In this document: positions 55,004 to 64,000 of the stretch, in pieces
Position numbering within the stretch: position 1 is the stretch's first letter
How the letters are laid out: every line of letters starts with the position of its first letter
Source of the DNA: an uncultured virus (IMG/VR IMGVR_UViG_3300025120_000033)
Lineage: Duplodnaviria > Heunggongvirae > Uroviricota > Caudoviricetes
IMG/VR virus record: IMGVR_UViG_3300025120_000033
Strand: one strand, 5' to 3'
DNA length: 64,000 bases
Notes under the pieces: generated by a model
Database searches by the model: none
Told to the model about the DNA's origin: nothing
What the model saw: only the letters and a program-made list of their open reading frames with translations
Program-made: the position numbers and the translations under genes

Positions 55004-55921
55004 TTAAGCTCCCTGAGAACCGTAAATTCCGCGCCAGTCCGAGAAACCGAAGCTATAACGCTCGCGGGCTTTATAGCGAATGTTGCCCGTGGTGAAGTCT
55101 GGCTCCATCGAAGTCTCCATTGGAGTACGCTGGAACATTTTCAGACCTTCGCCGCTGTCGGTGACAGATGTCAACAAGAAGAAGGCATCGGGGTCAGTCA
55201 GATAGTGATTAACTGTGTATCCCGCTGGTAAAACGCCTGTGTTCTTGATGGCATTGATGTCGTTGTCAGCAGTACCAGATCGCAGTGTAGAATTAAGAAT
55301 GCGATCAGCCACAAATACTAACTGTGGTGGTACAACAAGCTTAGTCGCCTGAACCGAGATGGTTAATCCCTTGTCATCGGTAAACGTGCTGATATCAATC
55401 AGCGCATCTTCCAAAGACGTCTCGTTCAAGTCCGCCATTGTGGTTGCACGGTTAGCCGCAACTCCGCCGCCAGCTAATGGGTGAGCGGTGTTAATCATTG
55501 ATACACCGTCGCCGCCAGTGAAATTAGCATTGAATGCGTTGTTTAGAATATCCGCACCCTTAACTTCTTTCGTGTTAGCCATTGATCGAGCCAAAGCTTT
55601 TGTATAACGCTTGCCTAGCGAGTCATATAAATTGTCCTCGACTGCCTCATCGGTAAGCGAAAAAGCGAGAGAAATTGTTTGAGCGACATATCTGGCAGAG
55701 TAAGACTCTGAAGCTGTGTCGAAAACAACGCCCTGACCTTCTGTTTTAGTTGGTGCGGCTCCGAAGCCAGTAATTAAGACTTCTTCCTCGAATGCACGTT
55801 GAGAATCTTCAATAGCAAAAATCTCTTCGTACTCTTTTTCGTAGCTGTCGTAGCTCAGTCCAAACAAGCTGTTTAAACCGGGCTCTAACTCTTTTGCTAA
55901 TTGCGCTCTTGAAATAGCCAT
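55004..55921 (-). CDS. Major capsid protein
   Basis: MAISRAQLAKELEPGLNSLFG...YKARERYSFGFSDWRG. Confidence 0.9.
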   Translation of the reverse strand: MAISRAQLAKELEPGLNSLFGLSYDSYEKEYEEIFAIEDSQRAFEEEVLITGFGAAPTKTEGQGVVFDTASESYSARYVAQTISLAFSLTDEAVEDNLYDSLGKRYTKALARSMANTKEVKGADILNNAFNANFTGGDGVSMINTAHPLAGGGVAANRATTMADLNETSLEDALIDISTFTDDKGLTISVQATKLVVPPQLVFVADRILNSTLRSGTADNDINAIKNTGVLPAGYTVNHYLTDPDAFFLLTSVTDSGEGLKMFQRTPMETSMEPDFTTGNIRYKARERYSFGFSDWRGIYGSQGA

Positions 55922-55934
55922 TCGTCAATCTCCT

Positions 55935-56522
55935 TTATGCTAAGCCTGCACCTTTAACACCCATGATGTGATTTTGAATCACACACAATACGTTGGTGTT
56001 AGCGGTGGCTACATCGCTGTTAGATGGATCCTGACTTATGTCAATACATTTCAGGGGCAAAGTTGTTGCGGTGGCGCCAGTAGAAACAGCAAGCTCTACG
56101 TTACTACGACCACTTGCGGTGTCACCAACTGGGCTTTGATCAACAATATCAAAATTGCCAAACAAATCAGCTACTGGGAAAGCGGCATTTGCCTGAACAG
56201 TAAACACAACATTTGGATCGTCAATTACAAAAGCAATGATATCTGCGGCGGTAATACCACCGGGATACGAATTGCTAAATACTTGCTCACCGGATGTTGG
56301 GTCAGTGTACTGACAACCATTAAAAACCCCTACTATGGGTGTAGTGTCTCCAGCGCCAAGGCGAGAAATTGTTCCGCCTGTAAGTTGCTGAATTAAATCG
56401 CCCTGAAAAATTGCACCACTAAGACCCGACGCAATTCTATAGCGAGACTGACCACCTGAATAGGGAGCACCACCCATCATACGACTGGGCTTCAAACCAA
56501 ACGCGGCATCTTTATTAGCCAT
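55935..56522 (-). CDS. Capsid decoration/minor head protein
   Basis: MANKDAAFGLKP; directly upstream of MCP. Confidence 0.7.
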   Translation of the reverse strand: MANKDAAFGLKPSRMMGGAPYSGGQSRYRIASGLSGAIFQGDLIQQLTGGTISRLGAGDTTPIVGVFNGCQYTDPTSGEQVFSNSYPGGITAADIIAFVIDDPNVVFTVQANAAFPVADLFGNFDIVDQSPVGDTASGRSNVELAVSTGATATTLPLKCIDISQDPSNSDVATANTNVLCVIQNHIMGVKGAGLA

Positions 56523-56535
56523 GTTATTATCTCCG

Positions 56536-57009
56536 TTATCGTCTTCCGAAAGTTACTTGGGAGCTCCTCTGCGGATCATACTTAACGTAACGAGAGTCTT
56601 TCGCGGCATCGCCAAACATTGTGTTGTCAAGAGCCTGATTTGCTTCACTGGTCTTGCCTTCATAATATTCTTTTCGCTCAGCTATCGTTTCATTAGGCAT
56701 CTTCGCAAGAAGAAGTCCTTCGTTATATATGACGCCAGCGTGTCTGCCATTATCCATTGTCGGGAGAGTTTCTGCCCACTCAGGAGGAAGATCCGTACCA
56801 CGAACCAACTCCCAACCTTCTCGAACTCTGCGAGAGACGTTACTTCTGTCTTCCGCTCCTAGCATGGATTCCCTGATCCACCGATAGGTATAACCCGGTG
56901 GTGGCTCTGGGGTATCAAGCTTTCTTACTGGTCGCCACGGTTTACGGCGAGTCTGATTATCGTGCGTCGCACTCTCACGGGTTGTGCGGTTTGAGCTCTT
57001 AGCTGTCAT
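56536..57009 (-). CDS. Conserved head-module protein
   Basis: PPPGYTYRWIR...EGWELV. Confidence 0.7.
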   Translation of the reverse strand: MTAKSSNRTTRESATHDNQTRRKPWRPVRKLDTPEPPPGYTYRWIRESMLGAEDRSNVSRRVREGWELVRGTDLPPEWAETLPTMDNGRHAGVIYNEGLLLAKMPNETIAERKEYYEGKTSEANQALDNTMFGDAAKDSRYVKYDPQRSSQVTFGRR

Positions 57010-57950
57010 TATCGATTCTCCTTAGCTGATATTTTCTGCTTTTCTTTGGCTACGTGTTTTAACCACACATCCATAGTCATATTCGCAGGCTTTAGACCAG
57101 CAAGCCTTTCAACTTCTGAGTTGCTAAAAGTCACTCCACTATTTTTTCGTGTTTGTTGCCGACCACTGGGTGCAGTGGAGGACGAAACTCTTTGCACGGC
57201 GGGCTTCTGTCCAGTTGTTTCGGCGTTTCCAACGAGGTTAGGATATACTTTTTTAACTCGATTATCTAGTGCGCCGTAATATTCATCACTATCGGCCTCA
57301 AATCCTTCGTTTAAGAGATTGAAGTGAGTAAAGTAAGCAAACTGAGTCGCCTGCAAATTCTCCTCGTTTTCCTTATCGCCGTACCAAGAATTTCTATCAT
57401 GCCAAGAAAGAGCCTCCGTTGTTGGAGTAACTTCTTGCTGTTGTTGCGGCGCCTGCGGTTGTTGTTGATAAGTCTGGTACTGCCCTGAGTCTGCCTGCGG
57501 AGCTTGTTGCTGTTGCGGCTGTCTTGCTTGGGCTACGCGCAGTCGCTCTTGCTGAATAGCAATCTCATTTTTGAGATCAGTTGCTTTTGACATTAGATCG
57601 GCATCGCCAGATCGCACGGCTTGACGATAAACCTCGTCAATTTGGGCGGTCTTTGCTTTAACGGCTTCGGCTTCTTTAGCTAAAACCGTATTGCTTTGCT
57701 GGCTCGTCAGAGCTCGGTATTGCTGTAGCTCTTGCTCTTTTTGCATCGCAATTTGTTCAAGTTGCGCGGCGCGTTGCTCAGTCTCTTTGTTTTTTGCGTT
57801 TAGCTTATTTATTCGTTTACTAACCGACTTTGTGTAATTCTCTAGCTCATCCTCTGGGCTTACTGGCGCCCCAGATTCTTCTGGAGAATCAGCAACGATT
57901 TCAATTTCAATTTCTTCAGAGTTTAATTCTTCTTGATCAGCATTAATCAT
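57009..57950 (-). CDS. Scaffolding protein
   Basis: Acidic N-terminus, coiled coil, VSKRINKL. Confidence 0.7.
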   Translation of the reverse strand: MINADQEELNSEEIEIEIVADSPEESGAPVSPEDELENYTKSVSKRINKLNAKNKETEQRAAQLEQIAMQKEQELQQYRALTSQQSNTVLAKEAEAVKAKTAQIDEVYRQAVRSGDADLMSKATDLKNEIAIQQERLRVAQARQPQQQQAPQADSGQYQTYQQQPQAPQQQQEVTPTTEALSWHDRNSWYGDKENEENLQATQFAYFTHFNLLNEGFEADSDEYYGALDNRVKKVYPNLVGNAETTGQKPAVQRVSSSTAPSGRQQTRKNSGVTFSNSEVERLAGLKPANMTMDVWLKHVAKEKQKISAKENR

Positions 57951-58396
57951 TATCGAAAGCTCACTATGTCGTCAGGGTTAAGAATTGTGCCAATAACTTC
58001 GTCGTCATTGATCATTCTAACTTCGGCGCCGTCCTCAAGCTTAAATCTGGCACCAGAATATCTTCCGATCAACACCCAGTCTTTAGCTTTGCACCAAGGA
58101 GTTTCGCCGTACTTTTCCTTATCGCTATAGCAGAGAGGGCCAACTTTAACCACGTATGCCACCACAGTAGCCAAAGCTTCTCTATCGAGCGTTTCTTTCG
58201 TTAGCGCAATTCCTCCAGAGGTCATGCCTTGACCAGTATATGGAAGAACCAGCATTCTCCAACCAGTTGGGCTTGGCATTCTTTCTACAAGACTTAAATC
58301 CAGAAGCTCTGGGCGCAATGTCCTTTCGTCGCCCTCAACATATGCGCTATCAATATTTGATTTTTTGGCGGGGGGTTTTTTACTCAGATCGGTCAA
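57950..58396 (-). CDS. groES: Co-chaperonin GroES-like
   Basis: PTGWRMLV...TSGGIAL...VVKVG...YSG...INDDEVIG. Confidence 0.85.
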   Translation of the reverse strand: MTDLSKKPPAKKSNIDSAYVEGDERTLRPELLDLSLVERMPSPTGWRMLVLPYTGQGMTSGGIALTKETLDREALATVVAYVVKVGPLCYSDKEKYGETPWCKAKDWVLIGRYSGARFKLEDGAEVRMINDDEVIGTILNPDDIVSFR

Positions 58397-58581
58397 AACT
58401 TATTTTCCTTATAAAAGTCAGAAATGCTGTATTCTACTAAGTTTAGCACTTCTAGCTGTCCTTGCAAACTTTTATAATGTTCTATATCTTTGAGCATACC
58501 ATCCATTAGTAAGTTCTGAATCGATTCCCGCCTTTCACGAATTGTCTTTTTGAGGGCCGAAGAAAGACCTAAGTCATCCAT
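58393..58581 (-). CDS. Hypothetical protein
   Basis: Coupled overlaps. Confidence 0.7.
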   Translation of the reverse strand: MDDLGLSSALKKTIRERRESIQNLLMDGMLKDIEHYKSLQGQLEVLNLVEYSISDFYKENKF

Positions 58582-58778
58582 TACGTTCTCTCGTAATAGA
58601 AAAGACCCTTAGTCGCGGCGCCTGTTCCCCTAGTCTTCATGCGCTTAACCTCGCCACCCATCTTCATTCCTTTGGCAGTCTTCATTGCAATTGCAACAGC
58701 CTGAGCTTGGGGCTTGCCTTCGTCACGAAGAGTCTTTATGTTTTTGCTGATTGATTTCTTACCTTTTGCTAATGGCAT
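58581..58778 (-). CDS. Small basic protein with GG motif
   Basis: ISKNI...QAVAIA...MKMGGEV...RGTGAATKG. Confidence 0.7.
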   Translation of the reverse strand: MPLAKGKKSISKNIKTLRDEGKPQAQAVAIAMKTAKGMKMGGEVKRMKTRGTGAATKGLFYYERT

Positions 58779-59101
58779 TATTTTTTACTCCTAGTGGGTT
58801 TCTTTTTTGGCGCTGATTTCTTTTTAGCGGTAACCTTTGCCTTGGGTGTTTTTTGCTCAACAACAATTCCCACTGTTGGAGCAACGGCGGACTCAATCAC
58901 TGGTTTTTCTGGTGCTTTAATTGCAACAGGTTTCTCGCCTCGCATCCTAGCTTCTTTTGCCGCAATTCGTGCTTTTGAAGCGTTCTCTTCATCCAGAGCT
59001 TCTTTGGCGTTCCAAGCGGCTTTTAATCTTTCCGCCTGCCGCTCTAGTTTTTTCATCTTCCGAAGGTCTTCTTGTTGTTGCAATATATAGTCAGTTGTCA
59101 T
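58778..59101 (-). CDS. Lys-rich hypothetical protein
   Basis: Coupled to portal. Confidence 0.65.
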   Translation of the reverse strand: MTTDYILQQQEDLRKMKKLERQAERLKAAWNAKEALDEENASKARIAAKEARMRGEKPVAIKAPEKPVIESAVAPTVGIVVEQKTPKAKVTAKKKSAPKKKPTRSKK

Positions 59102-61596
59102 TGTCTGCCCCCAAATTTTGCGCCCATTTCCATAAGCTTCAAGTTGTTTTGTTGTTCAAGACGCTGAAGACCCAAGTCTAACTTGTCATCAGCCACTTGC
59201 TTTTGAACTCCAATTCTTTGCTTGGCAATTTCGGCTTCCAGAAGTTTTTCGCTCTGCTTAGCCGCTTGCTTTTCAGAAAACTGTTGGGAATCTTGATCGA
59301 TTTCTTTGTCTCTGAGAGCAAGCTCTTGCTCTCTAATTTGAACCAGAGGATCGTTTTCATCGCCTTGCCCAATACTTGCCATCAACTCTTGAGTTAACTG
59401 CGCCAGAATCGGAGAGCTAAATCGCTCTTTCATCATTTGAATGTCCGCCTGCATCTGCGGAATTTGCTCTTGGGGTATTTGCTGAGCCTGCATCATTTGA
59501 TTTGCCTGCTCTATTTGCTGAGTTACCTCTGGAGGCATTTGCTCGGCAGAGAGCTCAACAGATAAAAACTGCAAATGTTGCATCATATGCGCAATGATTA
59601 CACTCTGTAGCGGTGGCGTAGTCTTAACCACCTCTGTTAAAAACAAAGATCTGTGCGCGTCAATGTGGGCTTGATGATTTTGCCCCTCAAACGCCTGCGC
59701 TTGACTGCCCATCATAAACCCAGAGTTTTCAATTCCCGCGTCAATTGGCATTGGTGGTGGCGGAGGTGGTGGCGGCGGCTGTATTAGAGAGTCAACATCG
59801 TCAACTCCAAGCGCCGCATACATACGCCGATAAGCCTCATAAATTCCTTCTGGCCCATGTATTTGAGGGTTAGACTGAACCATCGTCAACAACTCTTGCG
59901 CCATAGTAATTCTCTGCGACTGCGAAAATATATTTGGATCGCTGACGGGTATGACGTCAACTCTGCCGTCAAAGTCTTGGCCTTTAATCTCTTGTGCGCC
60001 ACTGCCTGTGTTGTATGGGTAAGACGGCGGCAAATATTCTCCAAACACTTTTGCCAACAACTTAAACTCAAGTCTCTGTGAATAATGCAGGCGCTTATGG
60101 ATTGCGCTCATTACCTTTGTGCCGCGCTCCAAAAGAGCCACGGTAGTGCCGACTGGCATATTTTGCGCCGCGTCGCCAATGTTCATATCGCCAATACTTG
60201 CAAAGCGTTTGCCGCTGTCAACCAACAGCCCCAGCATTTGTACTAGGACATTTGACGGCTCTTTAATTGGGAGCGGGATTAAATTCTCTCGAAGAGACGC
60301 GCCAGTAGTGTCGATGTCCCTGAATTCACCCGGCTGGAGCGGCTCATCCTCGTCTCGAATGCGCATTCCTCGCGCCTTAAATCCAGCAGGAAGGTTTGCC
60401 AAGGTTCCCGCGTCAATAAGCTGTCGCAGTATGCTGGTTGCTGACTTAGATATTCCGCCAATCATGTGGCTTAGACCAAGGCCGTAAAAGCCAAGGCCCG
60501 GTAAAAACTTATATTGCACAAAGAAATTAATCTTATTTTTCTTTATATCTCCTTCGAGATAATTTCTTCTAATTGATAGAATCTGTTGAGAATCCTCATC
60601 AATGGTAACGATGTAAGGGAGCTTTAATCCAGTGGGCTCGCCATCTTCGCCAAGGTCTTCAAAACCGGGCAAGTCAAGAACCGTGTGCGTCTCAAAAACC
60701 GTGTTGTCTCGGTCTTCTTGATAACTGGGCGACATTCCTTCGATTTCGTTAATTTCTTTTTTAATGTCGCTTTCGGTAAAGGATGTGCCGCCGCCTGACA
60801 GTTCAATGTCAGCATAAAATCCAGAAAGCTGTTGTTTCTTAATTTCGTTTTGGCTCATCTTTAAAACGTGAGTAACCCTCTCCGCCGAGGACAAGTCTGT
60901 CGCCTCATAAGGCACAACCAAGTTTTCTGGGGCAATAAACTTTGAAAGGGCTCGATCTCTAACCGTATCGTAATAGACTTTTTTGAACGCGGATCCAGCC
61001 AAAGGAAGGTAGAACAACAGCATATCTAGCTCTGGGTCGTACTCTTCCATGATGTTCATAATGTAAAAATTCATAAACTCTTGAACGCGCTCCGCCTGCA
61101 TCTCGACATCAGAGTTTCGCGTTCCTACGATCTCAGTCTTTACTGGCCCCTTCGCTGGGAGAAGCTCCTTGTATGCCTGCGCTTGAAACTGAGTTACTGC
61201 CTCCGCCAAGATGGGATGAATTACGCCCGAGCTACCCTGAAACGGGGTGCTTCGAGTTTCATCAAACTTCATGCCAAGATATTTTAGGCCGTCCGTGTAG
61301 GTCTTTTCCCACTCTGAGCGAGATTCTATGTCGGCTTGAATTGACGACAAAACATCGCCCGCTAAGCCAGAGAGCTCAGAAGAGTCTAAGAAGTCCACCA
61401 AGTTTGCGTTGAAGTCGGTCTGAATAACTTCATCCATTGCGTTCATTTCTTCGTCAACGAGGATGTCTTGCTCGGTGACTAGGATTTGGGCCGCGTTCCT
61501 AATCATTTCAGATCGGTCTGGCTCCTGAAAGATTTCAACTGAATTTCCAATATCAGGAATTTCTGGCGTGCCTAGATCTCTTCGCTCAATAACCAT
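59098..61596 (-). CDS. Portal protein
   Basis: 832 aa, HPILAEAVTQFQA, GFYGLGL; follows TerL. Confidence 0.85.
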   Translation of the reverse strand: MVIERRDLGTPEIPDIGNSVEIFQEPDRSEMIRNAAQILVTEQDILVDEEMNAMDEVIQTDFNANLVDFLDSSELSGLAGDVLSSIQADIESRSEWEKTYTDGLKYLGMKFDETRSTPFQGSSGVIHPILAEAVTQFQAQAYKELLPAKGPVKTEIVGTRNSDVEMQAERVQEFMNFYIMNIMEEYDPELDMLLFYLPLAGSAFKKVYYDTVRDRALSKFIAPENLVVPYEATDLSSAERVTHVLKMSQNEIKKQQLSGFYADIELSGGGTSFTESDIKKEINEIEGMSPSYQEDRDNTVFETHTVLDLPGFEDLGEDGEPTGLKLPYIVTIDEDSQQILSIRRNYLEGDIKKNKINFFVQYKFLPGLGFYGLGLSHMIGGISKSATSILRQLIDAGTLANLPAGFKARGMRIRDEDEPLQPGEFRDIDTTGASLRENLIPLPIKEPSNVLVQMLGLLVDSGKRFASIGDMNIGDAAQNMPVGTTVALLERGTKVMSAIHKRLHYSQRLEFKLLAKVFGEYLPPSYPYNTGSGAQEIKGQDFDGRVDVIPVSDPNIFSQSQRITMAQELLTMVQSNPQIHGPEGIYEAYRRMYAALGVDDVDSLIQPPPPPPPPPMPIDAGIENSGFMMGSQAQAFEGQNHQAHIDAHRSLFLTEVVKTTPPLQSVIIAHMMQHLQFLSVELSAEQMPPEVTQQIEQANQMMQAQQIPQEQIPQMQADIQMMKERFSSPILAQLTQELMASIGQGDENDPLVQIREQELALRDKEIDQDSQQFSEKQAAKQSEKLLEAEIAKQRIGVQKQVADDKLDLGLQRLEQQNNLKLMEMGAKFGGRQ

Positions 61597-63083
61597 CAGT
61601 AATACACCGTTCTGTTTTGTGGTAGCAATTTAACTTCGTCAAGATAATCGCTATCTAAATTTAAAAATCCGCCTTGGCGGAATCGCATCAACGCCATGGT
61701 AGCGCTGTCAGTATAATCGTCATGCTCGGCAAATGGAAAGCTTGCCATCTCGTCGATTACTTCCTCGGCAAATCCTTCGTCTGGGGCCCATACCATGCCG
61801 CTTTCAAAGATTGGCGCCACGCTGTTCATTCTAGCTATTTTGTCCTGCCCTCGGCTGGGCGTATAAGCCGTAACAGGAATACCCATTCGTCTTAACTCTT
61901 GGGTTAATGGGGTGCCAGAGGCTTTTGCTTCAATCAATATGCAATCAGGCTCCCAATACTTGTACTCATCATACGCTAATTTCTTTAATTCTGGAAAGTC
62001 CAGCCTCACACGCTTGGCGTCGAGAAGTATTATCTGATCTCCCGCCTCTGCTTCTGGCTCGAAAACCGCCCAAGTTGTAATGGCGGAATAATCTGCCGTC
62101 TCTTTTTTACTAAAAGCGGTATCGTAACTTTGAATGATATAAGAGTATGCTGGCACAATTTCTGATTCGTATATGTTCCACCACTCTCTTTTTACAATGG
62201 CGCCTGACGCGGCGGTGGGGTTTTGCATCCACTGCGCATTCCACTTTGAAAGTGGCAAAGAAGCCTTGACCGACAATAATTCTTCTTTTTTCCAAAACTG
62301 GGGCCACAGTGGCTCGTCAGTTTCTGGCATAATCGCAGGAAACTCCACAACATCCCATTGATCTGCGTGGTCTTCGCCCTGACGCTTTAGAACCTTGCCG
62401 ACAAGATCTTTGGTGCTCCATCGGGTCATTACAATTATGATGATCCCGCCGGGCTGTAATCTCTGCCGTGGCCCAGACGTATACCACTCGTAAGCGGCAT
62501 CCATAGCGCTTGGAGACATGGCGTCTTGCTCAGAATGTGGGTCATCAATAATCAAAAGGTCGGCGCCGCGACCTGTGATGGCGCCACCTACGCCCGCATA
62601 AAAGCTTTCGCCGTCTTGATTAGTTGTCCATCGCCCAGCGCTTTTGTTGTCGGCTTGGAGCTTTAGCTCTGGAAAAATGCCTTGATAGTCTTCGCCATCA
62701 ATTATGTTTCTCACCTTACGGCCAAAACGCACAGCAAGCTCAGCGGTGTGCGTTGTTTGAATGATTTTTAAGTTGCCGCGCAATCCCATCATCCACGCTG
62801 GGAAGAATGTAGATGCAAATTCAGATTTGGAGTGTCTGGGCGGGAGGCATACTATTAATCTTTTGAGCTTGCCTTGGGCTATACGATTAAATTTTTCGCC
62901 AATAATTTTGTGGTGCCGCCCCTCAACAAACTCAGGCCACATATGCTTGACGAATTTTATGAAGTCGCCTTGGCACTCTTCTTGTTTTTCGAGGCTTTTG
63001 TAACGGTTAAGCAAAGATTTTGCTTCAATTTGCTCTTGCTCTGACAAGACATCAAAGTCTTTAAAGGCCAGTTCTTTAGACAT
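61596..63083 (-). CDS. terL: Terminase large subunit
   Basis: PPRHSKS, ITGRGADLLIIDD, MTRW, SYDTA, HDDYTD. Confidence 0.92.
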   Translation of the reverse strand: MSKELAFKDFDVLSEQEQIEAKSLLNRYKSLEKQEECQGDFIKFVKHMWPEFVEGRHHKIIGEKFNRIAQGKLKRLIVCLPPRHSKSEFASTFFPAWMMGLRGNLKIIQTTHTAELAVRFGRKVRNIIDGEDYQGIFPELKLQADNKSAGRWTTNQDGESFYAGVGGAITGRGADLLIIDDPHSEQDAMSPSAMDAAYEWYTSGPRQRLQPGGIIIIVMTRWSTKDLVGKVLKRQGEDHADQWDVVEFPAIMPETDEPLWPQFWKKEELLSVKASLPLSKWNAQWMQNPTAASGAIVKREWWNIYESEIVPAYSYIIQSYDTAFSKKETADYSAITTWAVFEPEAEAGDQIILLDAKRVRLDFPELKKLAYDEYKYWEPDCILIEAKASGTPLTQELRRMGIPVTAYTPSRGQDKIARMNSVAPIFESGMVWAPDEGFAEEVIDEMASFPFAEHDDYTDSATMALMRFRQGGFLNLDSDYLDEVKLLPQNRTVYY

Positions 63084-63528
63084 TTGTCCACTCTTTTCCC
63101 TGCCACAACAAAGCTTCCGCTTCTCTGCGTCTAACTAACCCTTCTAACACCTTGCCTCCAGCCCTGTTCCAGCGCCTTATCTGATAAGGTATATCAGCAC
63201 GACTGCTGTCATTATTGTCATTAATACGACGAAGCAAAGTAGATTCAGAAAAGTTAGTTGCACCCAAATTGTATATCCAAGAAATGAGCGCATCAAACTC
63301 GTTTTGCTTGAGAGGAACATCAACCATCTTGAGTATTGATTGCTCAAATTGAAATAAGTCGTGCGCAAGCGAAGCTTCAGCCTCGTCCATTGTACAGACG
63401 TCTCTCTCCTTAACTCCCTTAGTTGTTCCAAAACCGATTGTCCACACGCCAGCAGAACACTGATAAGCATCTAATTTACAACCTTCAAATTTTTTAATGA
63501 GAGCTATGCCCTCTGCACTAGTTTTCAT
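63076..63528 (-). CDS. Phage lysozyme (GH24) endolysin
   Basis: IKKFEG...WTIGFG...GLVRRREAEA. Confidence 0.9.
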   Translation of the reverse strand: MKTSAEGIALIKKFEGCKLDAYQCSAGVWTIGFGTTKGVKERDVCTMDEAEASLAHDLFQFEQSILKMVDVPLKQNEFDALISWIYNLGATNFSESTLLRRINDNNDSSRADIPYQIRRWNRAGGKVLEGLVRRREAEALLWQGKEWTNV

Positions 63529-63665
63529 TTAGACTTTTCCAACTCCTCAAACCGCAATTTCTGCTTTTCAATTACTGCTTTTTGAGCCTCTATCTCAATT
63601 TTTTGTTTTGCCGCCCGCTCTTGTTGCTTTTGCTCTGGCGACATCACCGGAAAAGGTATAATCAT
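63525..63665 (-). CDS. Small coiled-coil protein
   Basis: MIIPFPVMSPEQKQQERAAK..., 4-nt overlaps on both sides. Confidence 0.5.
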   Translation of the reverse strand: MIIPFPVMSPEQKQQERAAKQKIEIEAQKAVIEKQKLRFEELEKSK

Positions 63666-64000
63666 TTTTCTCGGCTCACTTTCTGTATTTTTTCTACAGT
63701 TCTCATGCCGCCCAGTCCAAGCATACCTAATAGCACAGGCATCATTTCAGACATCTGAAGCAATGGGATGGTTATATCGCTACCTGCAATGGCTAGAGCA
63801 AAGTTGCCCATTGGTATTAAGATGTAATTTGAGGCCATGCCGATTACAGTCACCCATCCCACGGCTGGGCGCCATCCAGCGACGAACATGGATTTCGAGG
63901 CCGCTTCGACTTTATTGACCTCTAATTGTCCCTTGGCTAATTCTTGCGCATGGACTTCCGCCATGGTGCTAATTTGATGAGCAAGAGCGTTTTTTGTGTC
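63662..64000 (-). CDS. 3-TM holin family protein (5' end off window)
   Basis: VNKVEA...FVAGWRPAVGW...LLGMLGLGGMRTVEK. Confidence 0.8.
   Translation of the reverse strand, partial: DTKNALAHQISTMAEVHAQELAKGQLEVNKVEAASKSMFVAGWRPAVGWVTVIGMASNYILIPMGNFALAIAGSDITIPLLQMSEMMPVLLGMLGLGGMRTVEKIQKVSREK

Overview
The window is part of a tailed dsDNA phage genome, podovirus-like. From memory, the capsid, portal and tail genes resemble marine HTVC010P-type/uvMED phages; no search was run. The right half (36-64 kb, minus strand) is a virion and lysis module: holin, lysozyme, TerL, portal, GroES, scaffold, major capsid, adaptors, tail and ejection proteins. The left edge holds a serine recombinase and the start of a tail fibre gene. 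Between them lie two diverged, co-oriented copies (A ~4.1-17.6 kb, B ~21.6-32.4 kb) of one module: modular polyprotein, Holliday junction resolvase, conserved non-coding block, TerS, ori-like repeats, Toprim-VirE primase-helicase, SSB, DUF3310, a swappable DNA-modification slot and a PD-(D/E)XK exonuclease. The copies are bracketed by divergent-promoter hubs of small shuffled gene cassettes. Top candidates for novelty: (1) polyproteins made of repeated [double-glycine signal + conserved carrier domain + variable effector] units, with ADP-ribosyltransferase-like, zeta-toxin-like and unknown payloads; (2) a duplicated 178-bp structured non-coding element with compensatory base changes; (3) a GCCCC-N4-GGGGC-AGGAG hairpin-RBS element marking mobile early-gene cassettes. 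No tRNA, rRNA, CRISPR array, DNA polymerase or reverse transcriptase was recognised. Family assignments come from motif recognition only.
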